Source: Alphaproteobacteria bacterium (GTDB taxonomy: Bacteria > Pseudomonadota > Alphaproteobacteria > UBA828). From it: a stretch of DNA of 64,000 nt. How positions within the stretch are numbered: position 1 is the stretch's first letter; the number at the start of each line of letters is the position of its first letter. The translations under genes and the position numbers were made by a program. Below the pieces are notes generated by a model. That model searched no databases. It was given only the letters and a program-made list of their open reading frames with translations, and had not been told where the DNA came from. The stretch lies in contig CBDCRW010000003.1 of the NCBI GenBank assembly GCA_965221125.1, positions 1 through 64,000 of the forward strand, written 5' to 3'. Positions 26,434-38,598 of the stretch are shown here, one piece after another.

Positions 26434-27894
26434 TTATCCGGCCAATTTCCTGAGAACGGAGGGGAGGGTCTCCGTCAGGTCCTCGGCGATCAGTCCGGGG
26501 CCGAAGGCGGCCGCGGCAGCGCCATGCAGCCAGACACCCGCCGCCGCTGCCTCGAACGCCGGCATTCCCTGCGCCAGCAGGCCGAGGATGAACCCAGCCA
26601 GAACGTCGCCTGAGCCTGCCGTCGCCAGCGTCGGCGGCGCGTTGGCGTTGATGGCGGCGCGGCCATCGGGGGCCGCGATCACGCTGTCAGCGCCCTTGAG
26701 GACCACCACGGCATCGCTCTCGGCGGCCGCGGCGCGGGCACGGGCGAGCCTGTCCCCCTCATGGGCGAACAGGCGCCGGTATTCGCCCTCGTGGGGGGTC
26801 AAAACGGACTCGGGTGTGAGTGCGGCAAAGAGCGCTGCCGGCTCGTCGCGGAATGCGGTCAACGCGTCGGCGTCGAGGACGCAGCGCTTCCCCGCACGAA
26901 GTGCCTGGATGGCCTGTGAACGTGTCGTGGGGCTCACGCCGCAGCCGGGGCCGATCAGTAGAGCATTGCGGCGCTCGTCGGCGAGCGCTTCTCCCAGGTC
27001 CGCCGTGGACGCGACCATCACCGCCGTCAACTGAGCGGCATAGACGGGGATAGCATCGTCCGGCGCGTGAACGGTGACGAGACCGGCGCCTGCCCGGAGT
27101 GCCGCGCGGGCCGCGAGCCTCGCCGCGCCCGAGTGTGCGCTATCGCCGCCGACCACCAGCGCATGACCGCGGCTGTACTTGTGATCGACCGGCGACGGCC
27201 CGGGCATATGTGCTTGCCACAGCCCCGGCCCGTTCTCGTGTACTCGCAGCTTCAGCGCCTCGATTGCCGACACCGGAATGCCGATGTCGGCGACCGCCAC
27301 CTCGCCGGCGTGCTCCCGCCCCGGCAACAGCAGGTGCCCGTACTTGCGCCGGGCGAAGGTAACGGTCGCCGCCGCGCGAAACGCCCCGCCGAGCGCGGCG
27401 CCCGTGTCGCCGTGAATGCCGCTCGGGATGTCGACCGCGACGCACGGCAGATTGCGCCCGGCGCTCGCCTCGGCGAGCGTCAGCGCGACGCCGTCCAACG
27501 GCCGGGCAAGGCCGGCGCCGAACAGCGCGTCGACGACCAGCGGCTCGCCGTCGAGAAGCGCCAGGTCGAGCGGCTCGACCGGCTGCGGCCATTGCGCGGC
27601 TACGGCGGCGGCATCGCCCTTGAGCCGGTCCCGGCTGCCCATGAGCCCGAGGCGCACCGGCCAGCCGGCATCGGCCAGCAGCCGGGCCGCCACGAATCCG
27701 TCCCCACCGTTGTTGCCGGGACCGCAGAGCACGGAGACGGGCCGCGGCCCCCAGCGCCGCACGACGCCGTCCGCGACCGCGCGGCCGGCGTTCTCCATCA
27801 GCGTCAGCCCCGGAATCCCGGCCTTCGCGGCCGCCGCATCGGCCGCATACATCTCGGCGACGGAAAGCAGGGCGAGCGCGCCGGCGTCTCTCAT
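26434..27894 (-). CDS. nnr: Bifunctional NAD(P)HX epimerase/dehydratase
   Basis: LMENAG, CGPGNNGGDG, HKYSRG, LTPHEGE, LATAGSGDVLAG. Confidence 0.95.
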   Translation of the reverse strand: MRDAGALALLSVAEMYAADAAAAKAGIPGLTLMENAGRAVADGVVRRWGPRPVSVLCGPGNNGGDGFVAARLLADAGWPVRLGLMGSRDRLKGDAAAVAAQWPQPVEPLDLALLDGEPLVVDALFGAGLARPLDGVALTLAEASAGRNLPCVAVDIPSGIHGDTGAALGGAFRAAATVTFARRKYGHLLLPGREHAGEVAVADIGIPVSAIEALKLRVHENGPGLWQAHMPGPSPVDHKYSRGHALVVGGDSAHSGAARLAARAALRAGAGLVTVHAPDDAIPVYAAQLTAVMVASTADLGEALADERRNALLIGPGCGVSPTTRSQAIQALRAGKRCVLDADALTAFRDEPAALFAALTPESVLTPHEGEYRRLFAHEGDRLARARAAAAESDAVVVLKGADSVIAAPDGRAAINANAPPTLATAGSGDVLAGFILGLLAQGMPAFEAAAAGVWLHGAAAAAFGPGLIAEDLTETLPSVLRKLAG

Positions 27895-28592
27895 TCGCGC
27901 TCGGTGTGGAACAGATCGACCCGCATCGGCTGCACGAAGGCGTAGTCGCCCGCATCCGTCCGCCCGGCTTCGAACAGGCGCTTCACGGTCTCGCTCCGCA
28001 CCGCGTCGGCACCGTAGCTGTTGTAGGAGAGGCCGGAGAAGAGATCGACGAAGGCCGCGTGACTCTCGAAGCGTCTCTCGACCTCGTAGTGGATCTCCTG
28101 CGCGCCGGCGAAAAGCGGCGCCGAATCGGCCAGCGCCTCCCGCGCCTGCCGGCGGACCTCGGTCTCGTCGTGAAAGGGCTTCATGACGGTGGAGAACGCC
28201 CCCTCCATCACCGGCTCCAGCACGTAGAGGAAGCCGCCTGCAGCGAGCACCCTCCGTGCTTCCTTGAGCGCCGGCCGCATCGCCGCTTCCGGCACGTGGT
28301 GCAGGGAGCGGCCGAAGATCACCCCGTCGACCGCACCGTCGCCCACCGGCAGCGCCTCGGCGCGCCCTTCGGCGAAGCTCACGCCGTCGGCCTCGGGCGC
28401 GTCGCGGTTGCGCTCGGCCTGGACCGGATCGGGCTCGACTCCGAGCACCGTGGCGCCCCGCTCGGCGAGCGAGCGGGCAAGGGCGCCCGCGCCGCAGCCG
28501 ACATCGACGATCGACCGCCCGCGCACCTGCACCAGCCGGTCCAGCACCGCGAGATCGGTGCTCAGCCCCCAGTGTTCGACGGTCCCCGGCAT
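27891..28592 (-). CDS. Class I SAM-dependent methyltransferase
   Basis: VDVGCGAG, AEALP, SLHHVP. Confidence 0.9.
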   Translation of the reverse strand: MPGTVEHWGLSTDLAVLDRLVQVRGRSIVDVGCGAGALARSLAERGATVLGVEPDPVQAERNRDAPEADGVSFAEGRAEALPVGDGAVDGVIFGRSLHHVPEAAMRPALKEARRVLAAGGFLYVLEPVMEGAFSTVMKPFHDETEVRRQAREALADSAPLFAGAQEIHYEVERRFESHAAFVDLFSGLSYNSYGADAVRSETVKRLFEAGRTDAGDYAFVQPMRVDLFHTERE

Positions 28593-28748
28593 GAGCCGAG
28601 AATAGCCCCCGCCCCGCCCGCGGGCCAGCATCGACCGACGCCTGCTAACCGGACGGGCTGCACGATCATATCAAATCGGATATGAAAGCCGGTGAGTGCT
28701 TGCGCCCGGCCGATGACGGGTGCGTGTCCGATCGGCCGGAGTCGCCGC

Positions 28749-30269
28749 ATGGTCGCCCATATCGAGACCGTCGCCTTCCAGGGCATCGAGGCCCTGCCGG
28801 TCGACGTTCAGGTGCATATCGGCGCGGGCCTGCCCGCGTTCATGGTCGTCGGCCTTCCCGACAAGGCGGTGGCCGAGAGCCGGGAGCGGGTGCGTGGCGC
28901 GCTCGCGGGTCTCGGCCTGGCCCTGCCGGTGCGGCGGATCACGGTGAACCTCGCGCCGGCGGACATGCAGAAGGAAGGCAGCCACTTCGACCTTCCCATC
29001 GCGCTCGGTCTCCTGGTGGCGATGGACGTGCTGGCGGCGGACGATCTCGGGACCTACGTCGCGCTGGGCGAGCTTGGACTCGACGGCGCGCTGATCCCGG
29101 TGGCAGGCGTGTTGCCCGCCGCCATCGGCGCCAACGCACGCGAACGCGGCCTGATCTGCCCGGCCGCGAACGGCGCCGAGGCCGCCTGGGCCGGCGGCGG
29201 CGAGGTCGTGGCGCCCACCGACCTGCTCGCGCTCATCAATCATTTCAGGGGCACGCAATTGCAGGCGCCGCCAGGCTCGGTGACGCTGGCGGCGCGGCCG
29301 CGCTACCCCGACCTCCGCGACGTCAAGGGGCAGGAGACCGCCAAGCGCGCCCTCGAGCTCGCGGCTGCGGGCGGCCACAACCTGCTGATGATCGGCCCGC
29401 CCGGCACGGGCAAGTCGATGCTGGCGTCGCGCCTGCCCGGCATCCTGCCGCCGCTGGAGCCCGAGGAGGCGCTGAGCGTCAGCATGATCGCCTCGGTCGC
29501 GGGTCTCATCGGGGACAACGGCCTCACCCGAAGCCGCCCCTTCCGCGACCCGCACCATTCGGCCTCGATGGCGGCGATGGTCGGCGGCGGCACCCGCGCG
29601 CGGCCCGGCGAGGTCTCGCTCGCGCATCTCGGCGTCCTCTTTCTGGACGAGTTGCCCGAGTTCCCGCGCCCCGTGCTCGACGCGTTGCGCCAACCCATCG
29701 AGAGCGGCTCCGTGGCAGTGGCCCGCGCCAACGCCCACGTGCGCTATCCCGCGCGCTTCCAGCTCGTCGCCGCGATGAACCCGTGCCGTTGCGGCTACCT
29801 GTCGGACCCCGCGCGGGCCTGCTCCCGCGCGCCCCACTGCGCGCGCGACTACCAGGTCCGCATCTCAGGCCCGCTCTACGACCGGATCGACCTGCACGTC
29901 GAGGTCCCGGAGCTTTCCGCTGCCGATCTCTCGCTGCCGCCACCCGCCGAGGGATCGGCCGAGGTCGCGGCCCGGGTGTCGGCCGCCCGCCTGCGCCAGC
30001 GAGAGCGCTTCAAGGCGACGGACGCCGCACCCGACGTGCGGACCAACGCCGAGGCGGAAGGCGAATTGCTTACCCGAATTGCGACGCCCGACGAGGGCGG
30101 GCGGGCGCTGCTTGCCGAAGCGACCGACCGGCTGAGGTTGTCCGCGCGCGGCCATCACCGCGTGCTCAAGGTCGCGCGCACGATCGCGGACCTCGTGGGC
30201 GCGGAGACCGTCGCACGACGGCACATCGCGGAGGCGCTCTCCTACCGCCGCATCGGCCCTTACGGATAG
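28749..30269 (+). CDS. comM: YifB/ComM Mg-chelatase-like AAA+ ATPase
   Basis: VGLPDKAVAESRERV, GPPGTGKS, PGEVSLAH, LFLDELPEF, NPCRCG. Confidence 0.95.
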   Translation: MVAHIETVAFQGIEALPVDVQVHIGAGLPAFMVVGLPDKAVAESRERVRGALAGLGLALPVRRITVNLAPADMQKEGSHFDLPIALGLLVAMDVLAADDLGTYVALGELGLDGALIPVAGVLPAAIGANARERGLICPAANGAEAAWAGGGEVVAPTDLLALINHFRGTQLQAPPGSVTLAARPRYPDLRDVKGQETAKRALELAAAGGHNLLMIGPPGTGKSMLASRLPGILPPLEPEEALSVSMIASVAGLIGDNGLTRSRPFRDPHHSASMAAMVGGGTRARPGEVSLAHLGVLFLDELPEFPRPVLDALRQPIESGSVAVARANAHVRYPARFQLVAAMNPCRCGYLSDPARACSRAPHCARDYQVRISGPLYDRIDLHVEVPELSAADLSLPPPAEGSAEVAARVSAARLRQRERFKATDAAPDVRTNAEAEGELLTRIATPDEGGRALLAEATDRLRLSARGHHRVLKVARTIADLVGAETVARRHIAEALSYRRIGPYG

Positions 30270-30304
30270 AAGGTGGCCGCCGGCGTCGCGGCTCTCGCTG
30301 GCGG

Positions 30305-30667
30305 TCAGGCCTGGGGGATCATGCGCCCCAGGCGGCGCCCGCCGCAGAGGTGAACGTGGAAGTGAGGCACTTCTTGGCCGCCGTGGACCCCGGTGTTGGC
30401 GATCGTGCGAAAGCCATCCTTCTCCAGCCCGAGCGAGCGGGCGATCTCGCCCACCGTCTTGAAGAAATTGCCGACCTCCTCCGCCGCCGCGTTGCGGGTG
30501 AAGTCGTCGAGCGAGACGTAGGCGCCCTTCGGAATCACCAGGACGTGCACCGGCGCCTGCGGCGCGATGTCGCGAAACGCAAGCACCATATCGTCCTCGT
30601 AGACGGTGTCGTTGGGGATTTCGCCACGCAGTATCCTGGCGAAGATATTGTTGTCGTCGTAGCTCAT
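30305..30667 (-). CDS. Histidine triad (HIT) nucleotide-binding protein
   Basis: YDDNNIFARILRGEIP, QEVPHFHVH. Confidence 0.95.
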   Translation of the reverse strand: MSYDDNNIFARILRGEIPNDTVYEDDMVLAFRDIAPQAPVHVLVIPKGAYVSLDDFTRNAAAEEVGNFFKTVGEIARSLGLEKDGFRTIANTGVHGGQEVPHFHVHLCGGRRLGRMIPQA

Positions 30668-31011
30668 CGCCCTTCCCCGGCCTTGCCTCTCGCCGCGTCG
30701 CGCTCGAATCCGGAGATGCCGCGCCTCTTCGCGAGCTCTTCGAGAACCTCGGCCGGCGAGACGCCCGCGGCCGACCACAGGATCATGAGATGAAACAGCA
30801 GGTCGGCACTCTCGGAGACGACGCCCTGCCTGTCGCCGAGGGCACCCGCAAGCGCCACCTCGACGCCCTCCTCACCCACCTTCTTCGCCACGTGCTCGCG
30901 CCCCCGCGCGAACGTGCGCGCGACGTAGGATTCGTCCGGATCGGCGCCCTTGCGCTGCTCGATGACGCCGAACAGCTCGTCGATGACGTTGCCGGCCTCG
31001 TCCTGCTTCAT
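30664..31011 (-). CDS. hisE: Phosphoribosyl-ATP pyrophosphatase
   Basis: KKVGEEGVE, ESADLLFH. Confidence 0.95.
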   Translation of the reverse strand: MKQDEAGNVIDELFGVIEQRKGADPDESYVARTFARGREHVAKKVGEEGVEVALAGALGDRQGVVSESADLLFHLMILWSAAGVSPAEVLEELAKRRGISGFERDAARGKAGEGR

Positions 31012-31064
31012 CGTGCCGTCCCGCTCCGCTCAGAGGGCTTGGGTAGCAAAATTTGCGCGCGCCG

Positions 31065-31823
<759 letters not shown>

Positions 31824-31841
31824 GGGAGCGGCCCCGCCGGT

Positions 31842-32567
31842 TCAGGTGGCGAGCAGCGCCAGCGCCTGCGCCGGGTCGATGCGGCCGTCGTAGAGGGCGC
31901 GGCCGCAGATCACGCCGCAGACGCCGTCCGCCTCGTATGCCTTTAGCGCGGCGAGATCATCATGGGAGGCGACGCCGCCCGAGGCGATGACCGGCGTGGC
32001 GAGCGCTTGCGCGAGCGCGCCCGTCGCCGCGGCGGCAACCCCTTGGAGCGCCCCGTCGCGGGCGATGTCCGTGTGGATGATCGCGGCGGCGCCGGCATCC
32101 TCGAACCGGCATGCTAGGTCCAGCGCGCTCATGTCCACCGTCTCCGCCCAGCCTTCGACGGCGACCCGTCCGTCGCGCGCATCGATGCCGACGGCGATGC
32201 GGCCGGGAAAGGCCCGGCAGGCGTCGCGCACAAGATCGGGATCGCGAACCGCCACCGTGCCGAGGATCACCCGCTGCACGCCGGCCCCGAGCCACGCCTC
32301 GATGGTGGCCATGTCGCGGATGCCGCCGCCGAGCTGCACCGGAATGTCGACGGCGTCCACGATGGCGCCGACCGCGTCGGCGTTGACCGGCTTGCCCGCG
32401 AAGGCGCCGTCGAGGTCGACGATGTGGAGCCAGGCGAAGCCCGCCGCCGCGAAGGCCCGCGCCTGGGCCGGCGGATCGTCGGAGAAGACCGTCGCCCGCG
32501 CCATGTCTCCCTGCACGAGCCGCACACAGGCGCCGTCCTTGAGGTCGATGGCGGGGAAGAGGATCAC
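31842..32567 (-). CDS. hisA: ProFAR isomerase
   Basis: [31 protein letters not shown]. Confidence 0.97.
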   Translation of the reverse strand: MILFPAIDLKDGACVRLVQGDMARATVFSDDPPAQARAFAAAGFAWLHIVDLDGAFAGKPVNADAVGAIVDAVDIPVQLGGGIRDMATIEAWLGAGVQRVILGTVAVRDPDLVRDACRAFPGRIAVGIDARDGRVAVEGWAETVDMSALDLACRFEDAGAAAIIHTDIARDGALQGVAAAATGALAQALATPVIASGGVASHDDLAALKAYEADGVCGVICGRALYDGRIDPAQALALLAT

Positions 32568-33127
32568 GGTGCCGCGACCGGCGGCCGGTCCGTCAGATCC
32601 TTGCAGTAGTAGTGGCCGGCGATGGATTGCCCGTCCACGAACGCGTACTTGGGATGCGTGCCCCAGCGCTCAAATCCGAGAGATTCGTAGAGCGCGATGG
32701 CGGCCTCCTGGGTCTCCCGCACGCTGAGGTTCATCACCTTGAAGCCGCGCGCCTGCGCTTCCGCTTCGGCCTCCTCCAGCAACCGCCGGGCCAGGCCGTG
32801 CCCGCGCGCCCACGGTGCGACGAAGTGCGTGTCGATGAGGCACGACAGGCGCCACGCCTCCTTCTGCGGCGGCGCCGAGACGAGCTGCACCGATCCCGCC
32901 ACCACCCCGTCCATGCGGCCGATAAAGAGCATCCGCTCCGGCACCACGGTCACGCCCCGCCAGTAGCGCTCGAAGGCAGCAGGCTCGGGCGGACGCACCC
33001 AGCCGAACCCGGCGCCGTCGTTGATCGCGGCGGCGGCAGCCTCGCAGAGCTCGGCAAGCTCGCGCTTGCGCAGACGCTCGACAGTGCCGACCTCGATGCG
33101 CGGGCCCACTGTCGCGAGCTGGCTCAT
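32564..33127 (-). CDS. GNAT acetyltransferase
   Basis: [23 protein letters not shown]; sits between hisH and hisA. Confidence 0.9.
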   Translation of the reverse strand: MSQLATVGPRIEVGTVERLRKRELAELCEAAAAAINDGAGFGWVRPPEPAAFERYWRGVTVVPERMLFIGRMDGVVAGSVQLVSAPPQKEAWRLSCLIDTHFVAPWARGHGLARRLLEEAEAEAQARGFKVMNLSVRETQEAAIALYESLGFERWGTHPKYAFVDGQSIAGHYYCKDLTDRPPVAAP

Positions 33128-33768
33128 GGCTGCCACCGAAGGAAATTCTCGATCAGGGTCAATCCGACCTCCTGGCTCTTCTCGGGGTGAAACTGGGTGC
33201 CGACCATGTTGTCCCGGCCCGCGACTGCGGTGACCGGGCCGCCGTAATCCACGGTCGCGAAAACCTCGTCGTTACGGCGGCACGTCAGTCCGTAGCTGTG
33301 GACGAAATAGGCATGGGCGTCGCCGGGCAGGTCCTTCAGGATCGGGTGCGCTTCGCCCATGAGAGCGAGATCGTTCCACCCCATGTGGGGCACCTTCAGC
33401 GTCTCGTCATCGGGCTCGAGCGGCCCCACTTCGCCGTCGATCCAGCCGAGCCCCTCGTGCTCGCCGTGCTCGTGACCCACGCGCGCCATGAGCTGCATGC
33501 CGACGCAGATGCCGAGGAAGGGCACGCCCCGCCGCAACACCGCGTCTTCCAGCGCCTCGACCATGCCGTCGCGCGCGGCGAGGCCGGCCTTGCAGTCGGC
33601 GAAGGCGCCGACACCGGGCAGCACGATCCGCTCGGCGTTTCGCACCCGGTCGGGATCGTCGGTCACGACCACCGGCGTGGTCGGCGCAGCGTCGGCGGCG
33701 GCGCGCTCGAAGGCCTTGGCGGCGGAGCGCAGGTTGCCCGAGCCGTAGTCGATGATCGCGGTGGCCAC
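33124..33768 (-). CDS. hisH: Imidazole glycerol phosphate synthase glutaminase subunit
   Basis: [23 protein letters not shown]. Confidence 0.97.
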   Translation of the reverse strand: MATAIIDYGSGNLRSAAKAFERAAADAAPTTPVVVTDDPDRVRNAERIVLPGVGAFADCKAGLAARDGMVEALEDAVLRRGVPFLGICVGMQLMARVGHEHGEHEGLGWIDGEVGPLEPDDETLKVPHMGWNDLALMGEAHPILKDLPGDAHAYFVHSYGLTCRRNDEVFATVDYGGPVTAVAGRDNMVGTQFHPEKSQEVGLTLIENFLRWQP

Positions 33769-33774
33769 GGCGCG

Positions 33775-34245
33775 TCAGCTCCAGAAGCCGGGATCGGGGT
33801 CCAGGCCACGCGTGCCGGTCGCACGGGCCCCGAAGGGCGACGGCCGCGGCTGCGGCGCCGCTGCGGGCGTCAGGGCTTCGGCGTAGCGGATGAGCGCCTG
33901 CGCGCGGCTCGGCGCAGCCACCACCTCCACCAGGCGATAGCCGCGAGCCGCGAGGCCGGCCCGGCGCAGATCGTTGCCCGACATGCCTGCGAGCACGCCG
34001 TAGCCGAGGCCGAGGATCACCGGGAGCAGCGGCCCCAGACCCAGCACATGGGGCACGACGACGATCGCCGCCAGCGAGCCGATCAACGCGACGGCGGCGA
34101 GCCACAATCCCTCCGCCAGAGCCCAGAACGGCGCGAAGAAGAACGCGAGCCAGTTGAACCCCTCGCGCACGAGAATCGCGCGTCCCAGCGCGCCGTCCTC
34201 CGCGCCCTCGTCGCTGGCCGGGAGGTGAACCGTGTAGAAGCGCAC
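33775..34245 (-). CDS. DUF2628 membrane protein
   Basis: VREGFNWLAFFFAPFWAL; position between hisB and hisH. Confidence 0.8.
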   Translation of the reverse strand: MRFYTVHLPASDEGAEDGALGRAILVREGFNWLAFFFAPFWALAEGLWLAAVALIGSLAAIVVVPHVLGLGPLLPVILGLGYGVLAGMSGNDLRRAGLAARGYRLVEVVAAPSRAQALIRYAEALTPAAAPQPRPSPFGARATGTRGLDPDPGFWS

Positions 34246-34249
34246 CGCC

Positions 34250-34867
34250 TCAGACCTCCAGGCTGCCGCCCAGCACGCCCTTGGTAGACGGCACCTCCCC
34301 CGCCATGCGCGGGTCGGGCTCGATCGCCTGCCTCAGCGCCCGCGCGAGGCCCTTGTAGCAGGCCTCGATCATGTGGTGGCTGTTCTCGCCGTACATGACC
34401 TCGACGTGGAGCGTCAGCCCCGCCGCCTGCGCGAACGCCTGGAACCACTCCTTGAAGTGCTCGGTGTCCATGCCGTCGAGGCGCGGCCTCTCGAACTGCA
34501 CCCGCCAGATCAGGTAGGGCCGGTTGCTCGCATCCAGGGAGACACGCGCGCAGGCCTCGTCCATGGGGATCACGGCGCTGCCGTAGCGGCGGATGCCGCG
34601 CCGCTCGCCGAGGGCCTGGCTCACGGCTTCGCCGATGGTGATCCCCGTGTCTTCGACCGTGTGGTGCAGCGTCACGTCGATATCGCCTTCGGCCGTGCAC
34701 TCGATATCGATCAGGCTGTGGCGCGAGAGCTGCTCCAGCATGTGGTCGAGGAAGCCGATTCCGGTCGCAATCCGCGAGCGGCCACTGCCGTCCAGATCGA
34801 CCGCAACGGCAATGCTCGTCTCCTTGGTAACCCGCTCGACGCGGGCCGTGCGCGCAGGCTCGCTCAT
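34250..34867 (-). CDS. hisB: Imidazoleglycerol-phosphate dehydratase
   Basis: [29 protein letters not shown]. Confidence 0.96.
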   Translation of the reverse strand: MSEPARTARVERVTKETSIAVAVDLDGSGRSRIATGIGFLDHMLEQLSRHSLIDIECTAEGDIDVTLHHTVEDTGITIGEAVSQALGERRGIRRYGSAVIPMDEACARVSLDASNRPYLIWRVQFERPRLDGMDTEHFKEWFQAFAQAAGLTLHVEVMYGENSHHMIEACYKGLARALRQAIEPDPRMAGEVPSTKGVLGGSLEV

Positions 34868-35018
34868 GACGCAGACCAGTGATCCGGGGGGAACGGCGAT
34901 CTTTTAGCAAGAACCGCTGCCGGCTGCCAGCCTCCAGCAGCCCCTCCGCTTCGGGCTTTGCGGCGCGCGCACGCCGGGGCATGATGGCGCGAGACTGCGC
35001 AAACGGGGAGATTGCGGC

Positions 35019-35816
35019 ATGGCCGGAACCTTCGACATCAACATCGATTGCGGTGAGAGCTTCGGCAACTGGGTCATGGGGGCGGACGAGGCGCTCATGC
35101 CCCACGTCACCACGGCGAATGTCGCCTGCGGCTTTCACGCGGGCGATCCCATGACGATGATGCAGACCATCGCGCTGGCCAAGGCGAACGGTGTCGCGGT
35201 GGGCTCCCATCCCGGGCTGCCGGACCTCATGGGCTTCGGGCGGCGGGTCATGGCGATCACGCCGGAGGAGCTCTATGCCTACGTGATCTATCAGACCGGC
35301 GCGCTCAAGTCGGCGCTCGAGGCCCACGGCATGGCCCTGCACCACGTCAAGCCGCACGGCGCGCTCTATCGCATGCTGAACGGCGACGAGGCGCTGGGCG
35401 AGGCATTCGCCCGCGCGGTGATCGATCTCTGTCCCGAGCCGATGATCTACTACCCCGCGCCGGTGGAGCGTCACGCGGTGACGAAGATCGCGGCGGCCAT
35501 GGGGATCGACGTGGTGCCCGAGCTCTATTTCGATCTTCCCTACGAGGACGACGGGACCCTCGCGCTGAAGCGCTCCAACGAAGGGGCGGACCTCGACGAG
35601 ACCCGGCAGAAGCTCGGGCTCTTCCTCGAGACCGGCAACACGCTCAGCATGAACGGCGCGCGCGTGCCGATTTCGGCGCGCAGCATCTGCCTGCACGGGG
35701 ACGGGCCGAACGCGGTGGAGCTCGCCACGACCATCGGCGACACGCTCAAGGAGTGCGGCTACGCGCTTCAGCCGCTCGAGCCCGCACCGACGATTCGGCA
35801 CCAGGCCGCCGAGTAG
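35019..35816 (+). CDS. pxpA: 5-oxoprolinase subunit A (LamB/YcsF)
   Basis: DINIDCGESFG, NVACGFHAGDP, HVKPHGALY, ICLHGD. Confidence 0.9.
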   Translation: MAGTFDINIDCGESFGNWVMGADEALMPHVTTANVACGFHAGDPMTMMQTIALAKANGVAVGSHPGLPDLMGFGRRVMAITPEELYAYVIYQTGALKSALEAHGMALHHVKPHGALYRMLNGDEALGEAFARAVIDLCPEPMIYYPAPVERHAVTKIAAAMGIDVVPELYFDLPYEDDGTLALKRSNEGADLDETRQKLGLFLETGNTLSMNGARVPISARSICLHGDGPNAVELATTIGDTLKECGYALQPLEPAPTIRHQAAE

Positions 35817-35897
35817 GGGCTGGAATCGCGGCGCCGGTTGGGGCATGTTCCGCCCGCAGCCGGCGCGCGCCGAGTCTGAGGAGAGAAGGAGACGTCG

Positions 35898-36029
35898 ATG
35901 AGCGACGATCACGGCCCCTCGCTCGAGGAGCTGACACGGGCACGAATCCCTTATGTGGTGGGGCTCGGCCTCGCCGTCGTCATCATCGGCGTCCTCGCCG
36001 GGCTCTCGGCAGGCGGAATCGTTCCGTAA
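35898..36029 (+). CDS. 43-aa single-pass membrane microprotein
   Basis: RBS AAGGAG, ATG; MSDDHGPSLEELTRARIPYVVGLGLAVVIIGVLAGLSAGGIVP*; fills the intergenic gap. Confidence 0.65.
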   Translation: MSDDHGPSLEELTRARIPYVVGLGLAVVIIGVLAGLSAGGIVP

Positions 36030-36035
36030 GACGAT

Positions 36036-36974
36036 TCAGGAGGCGGGCAGCAGCCCCTCCTCCTTCATCCAGCCGCACAGATCCTCGAACATGGTGCGGA
36101 GCGGCACCGGCTTGAAGCCGAGCTCCCGCACCGCCTTGTCGCAGAGCATGATCTGCGTCCGGTTCGACGTGTACTGAATCTCGGGGCTCGCGTCGGGGTT
36201 GGGCTCGCTCGTCACCACCGGCGCCTCCACGCCGACGAGTTCCGCGACGATGGCGGCAACCGTCTCGTACTTCTCGTTGGCGCCGGCGAGGATATAGCGC
36301 TCCCCTCGCCTGCCCCGCTCGCAGGCGCTGATGTGCGCCTTTGCGGTCTCGTCGACATGGCAGTAGGCCCCTCCGCCGGTGCCGACGGTGGTCATGGCGC
36401 CGCTCGCGATCGCCTGGACGAAGGGGCCCCAGATCACCCGGTCGTAGGGACCGACGACGTTGCCGGGATTGACGCAGACGGCGTCCAAGTCGCCGGCCGC
36501 GGCCTCCAGCACGATGTCCTCCGCCGCCTTCTTGGTGCGGTAGTAGTTGACCGGGATATCGTCGGCGTTGGACGGCGCGGTCTCGTCAATGGGCACGCCG
36601 TCGTGGAGGCCGAAGACGGCGCCTGTGGACGTGTGGACAAAGCGGCCCACATTCCTGGCCTGCGCCGCCGCGACCACGGCGCGGGTGCCCGCCACGTGGG
36701 CGTGAGTCTGCGCCTCGTCGCCGGACGAAGCGAAGCTCACGTTGCCGGCCACGTGGAAGAGGGCATCGACGCCGTCAGGGATCGCGCTCTCGAGAAAATC
36801 TCGGTCTCCGATGTCCCCCACCACGCGCGTCGCCGGAAATTGGCGCAGATAGGTGAGGTCCGAGGTTTCCCGGTGCATCGCGATCACCGACCAGCCGGCC
36901 TCGCCGAGCTGCTTCACCAGGTTGACGCCGATGAAGCCGGACGCGCCGGTGACGAATGCCGTCTTGCCTGTCAT
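36036..36974 (-). CDS. NAD-dependent epimerase/dehydratase (extended SDR, HpnA/DFR-like)
   Basis: VTGASGFIG, YYRTKKAAE, VNPGNVVGP. Confidence 0.9.
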   Translation of the reverse strand: MTGKTAFVTGASGFIGVNLVKQLGEAGWSVIAMHRETSDLTYLRQFPATRVVGDIGDRDFLESAIPDGVDALFHVAGNVSFASSGDEAQTHAHVAGTRAVVAAAQARNVGRFVHTSTGAVFGLHDGVPIDETAPSNADDIPVNYYRTKKAAEDIVLEAAAGDLDAVCVNPGNVVGPYDRVIWGPFVQAIASGAMTTVGTGGGAYCHVDETAKAHISACERGRRGERYILAGANEKYETVAAIVAELVGVEAPVVTSEPNPDASPEIQYTSNRTQIMLCDKAVRELGFKPVPLRTMFEDLCGWMKEEGLLPAS

Positions 36975-37000
36975 GTCGAATATCCTTGCGTGTGTGCGGC

Positions 37001-38509
37001 TCAGCGCCAGATCGGCTTGCCGGAGCCCGGCAGGCCGTAGGACTCCCACTTGCCGCTCACCCGCTCCACGATCTCGTCCGCCATGTGGATGCGCTGCCCC
37101 CAGGCGCGGCTGGTCTCCGGCCCGATCTTCGTCGTGGCATCGAGGCCGATCTTGGCGCCGAGCCCAGGCTCAGGGCTGGCAAAGTCGAGGTAGTCGATCG
37201 GCGTGTTTTCGACGACCGTGATGTCGCGCGCCGGGTCCATGCGGGTGGAGACCGCCCACATCACGTCCTTCCAGTCGCGAGCATCGATGTCGTCGTCCAC
37301 CACGATCACCCATTTCGTATACATGAACTGCCGCAAATAGGACCAGACGGCCATCATCACCCGCTTGGCATGGCCCGCGTAGGATTTCTTGATGGAGACC
37401 ACGGCGATTCGGTAGCTGCAGCCTTCCGGCGGCAGCCAGAAGTCGACGATCTCGGGGAACTGCTGGATGAGGAGCGGGATGAAGACCTCGTTCAGCGCCT
37501 CGCCGAGGATGCTCGGCTCGTCCGGCGGGCGCCCGGTATAGGTCGAGAGATAGATCGGCTCGCGCCGCATGGTGATGGCGGAGACCGTGAACACCGGGAA
37601 CGGCTCGACCGCGTTGTAGTAGCCTGTATGATCGCCGTAGGGGCCTTCGTCCTCGTAGTCGTCGAGGCTGACATGGCCTTCAATGACGATCTCGGCCTCG
37701 GCCGGAACCTCGAGCGGCACCGTCTTGGCCCGCACGAGTTCCACCTTCTGGCCGCGCAGGAGGCCCGCAAACTGGTATTCCGAGAGCGTATCCGGCACCG
37801 GCGTCACGGCGGCGAGAATGGTGCCGGGGTCGGCACCGATCACGGCCGCGGCCGGCAGCGGTTCGCGCTTCTCTTCTGCCCAGCGCCGATGCTGCTGGGC
37901 GCCGCCGCGGTGCGCGAGCCAGCGCATCAGCGTCGTGTTTCGGCCGGTGACCTGCATCCGGTAGATGCCGAGGTTGTAGTTGTCGATGCGGGAGCGGCTC
38001 GGCCCCCTGGTGACGACCAGCGGCCAAGTGATGAGCGGCGCCGGCTCCCCCGGCCAGCATGTCTGAATCGGGAGCCGGCCGAGGTCGATGTCGTCGCCGG
38101 TGAGCACCACCTCCTGCACCGGGCCGTCGCCCACCGTGCGGGGCTTCATCGCGCGCACCGTGTTGAGCAGCGGCAGCATTTCGACCGCCTCGCGCCAGCC
38201 GCTCGGCGGCTCGGGCTGACGCAGGAAGGCCAGGGTCTCGCCTACCTCGCGAAGCTGGTCCGGCTCCCGGTTCATGCCCCAGGCGACGCGCTCCACGGTG
38301 CCGAAGAGGTTGACCAGCACCGGCATGTCGAAGCGTCCGCCGTCATCGCCGATGACGTTCTCGAAGAGCACTGCCGGCCCCTGCTCCGCGATGAGGCGGG
38401 TCTGGATCTCGGTCATCTCCAGATGGGGCGAGACCGGCGCCTGGACCCGGCTCAAACGTCCCGCACTCTCCAGGCGGGCGATGAATTCGCGCAGCGATCG
38501 ATAGGCCAT
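37001..38509 (-). CDS. ubiD: UbiD family decarboxylase
   Basis: [35 protein letters not shown]. Confidence 0.96.
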   Translation of the reverse strand: MAYRSLREFIARLESAGRLSRVQAPVSPHLEMTEIQTRLIAEQGPAVLFENVIGDDGGRFDMPVLVNLFGTVERVAWGMNREPDQLREVGETLAFLRQPEPPSGWREAVEMLPLLNTVRAMKPRTVGDGPVQEVVLTGDDIDLGRLPIQTCWPGEPAPLITWPLVVTRGPSRSRIDNYNLGIYRMQVTGRNTTLMRWLAHRGGAQQHRRWAEEKREPLPAAAVIGADPGTILAAVTPVPDTLSEYQFAGLLRGQKVELVRAKTVPLEVPAEAEIVIEGHVSLDDYEDEGPYGDHTGYYNAVEPFPVFTVSAITMRREPIYLSTYTGRPPDEPSILGEALNEVFIPLLIQQFPEIVDFWLPPEGCSYRIAVVSIKKSYAGHAKRVMMAVWSYLRQFMYTKWVIVVDDDIDARDWKDVMWAVSTRMDPARDITVVENTPIDYLDFASPEPGLGAKIGLDATTKIGPETSRAWGQRIHMADEIVERVSGKWESYGLPGSGKPIWR

Positions 38510-38598
38510 GGGCACCTCGGCGAGTCGCCGCCATTCATGGGCACCCGCGGGCGCCCGTCAAGCCCGTGCCGGCGAACGGCGGCGACGCGCGGCGGCCG

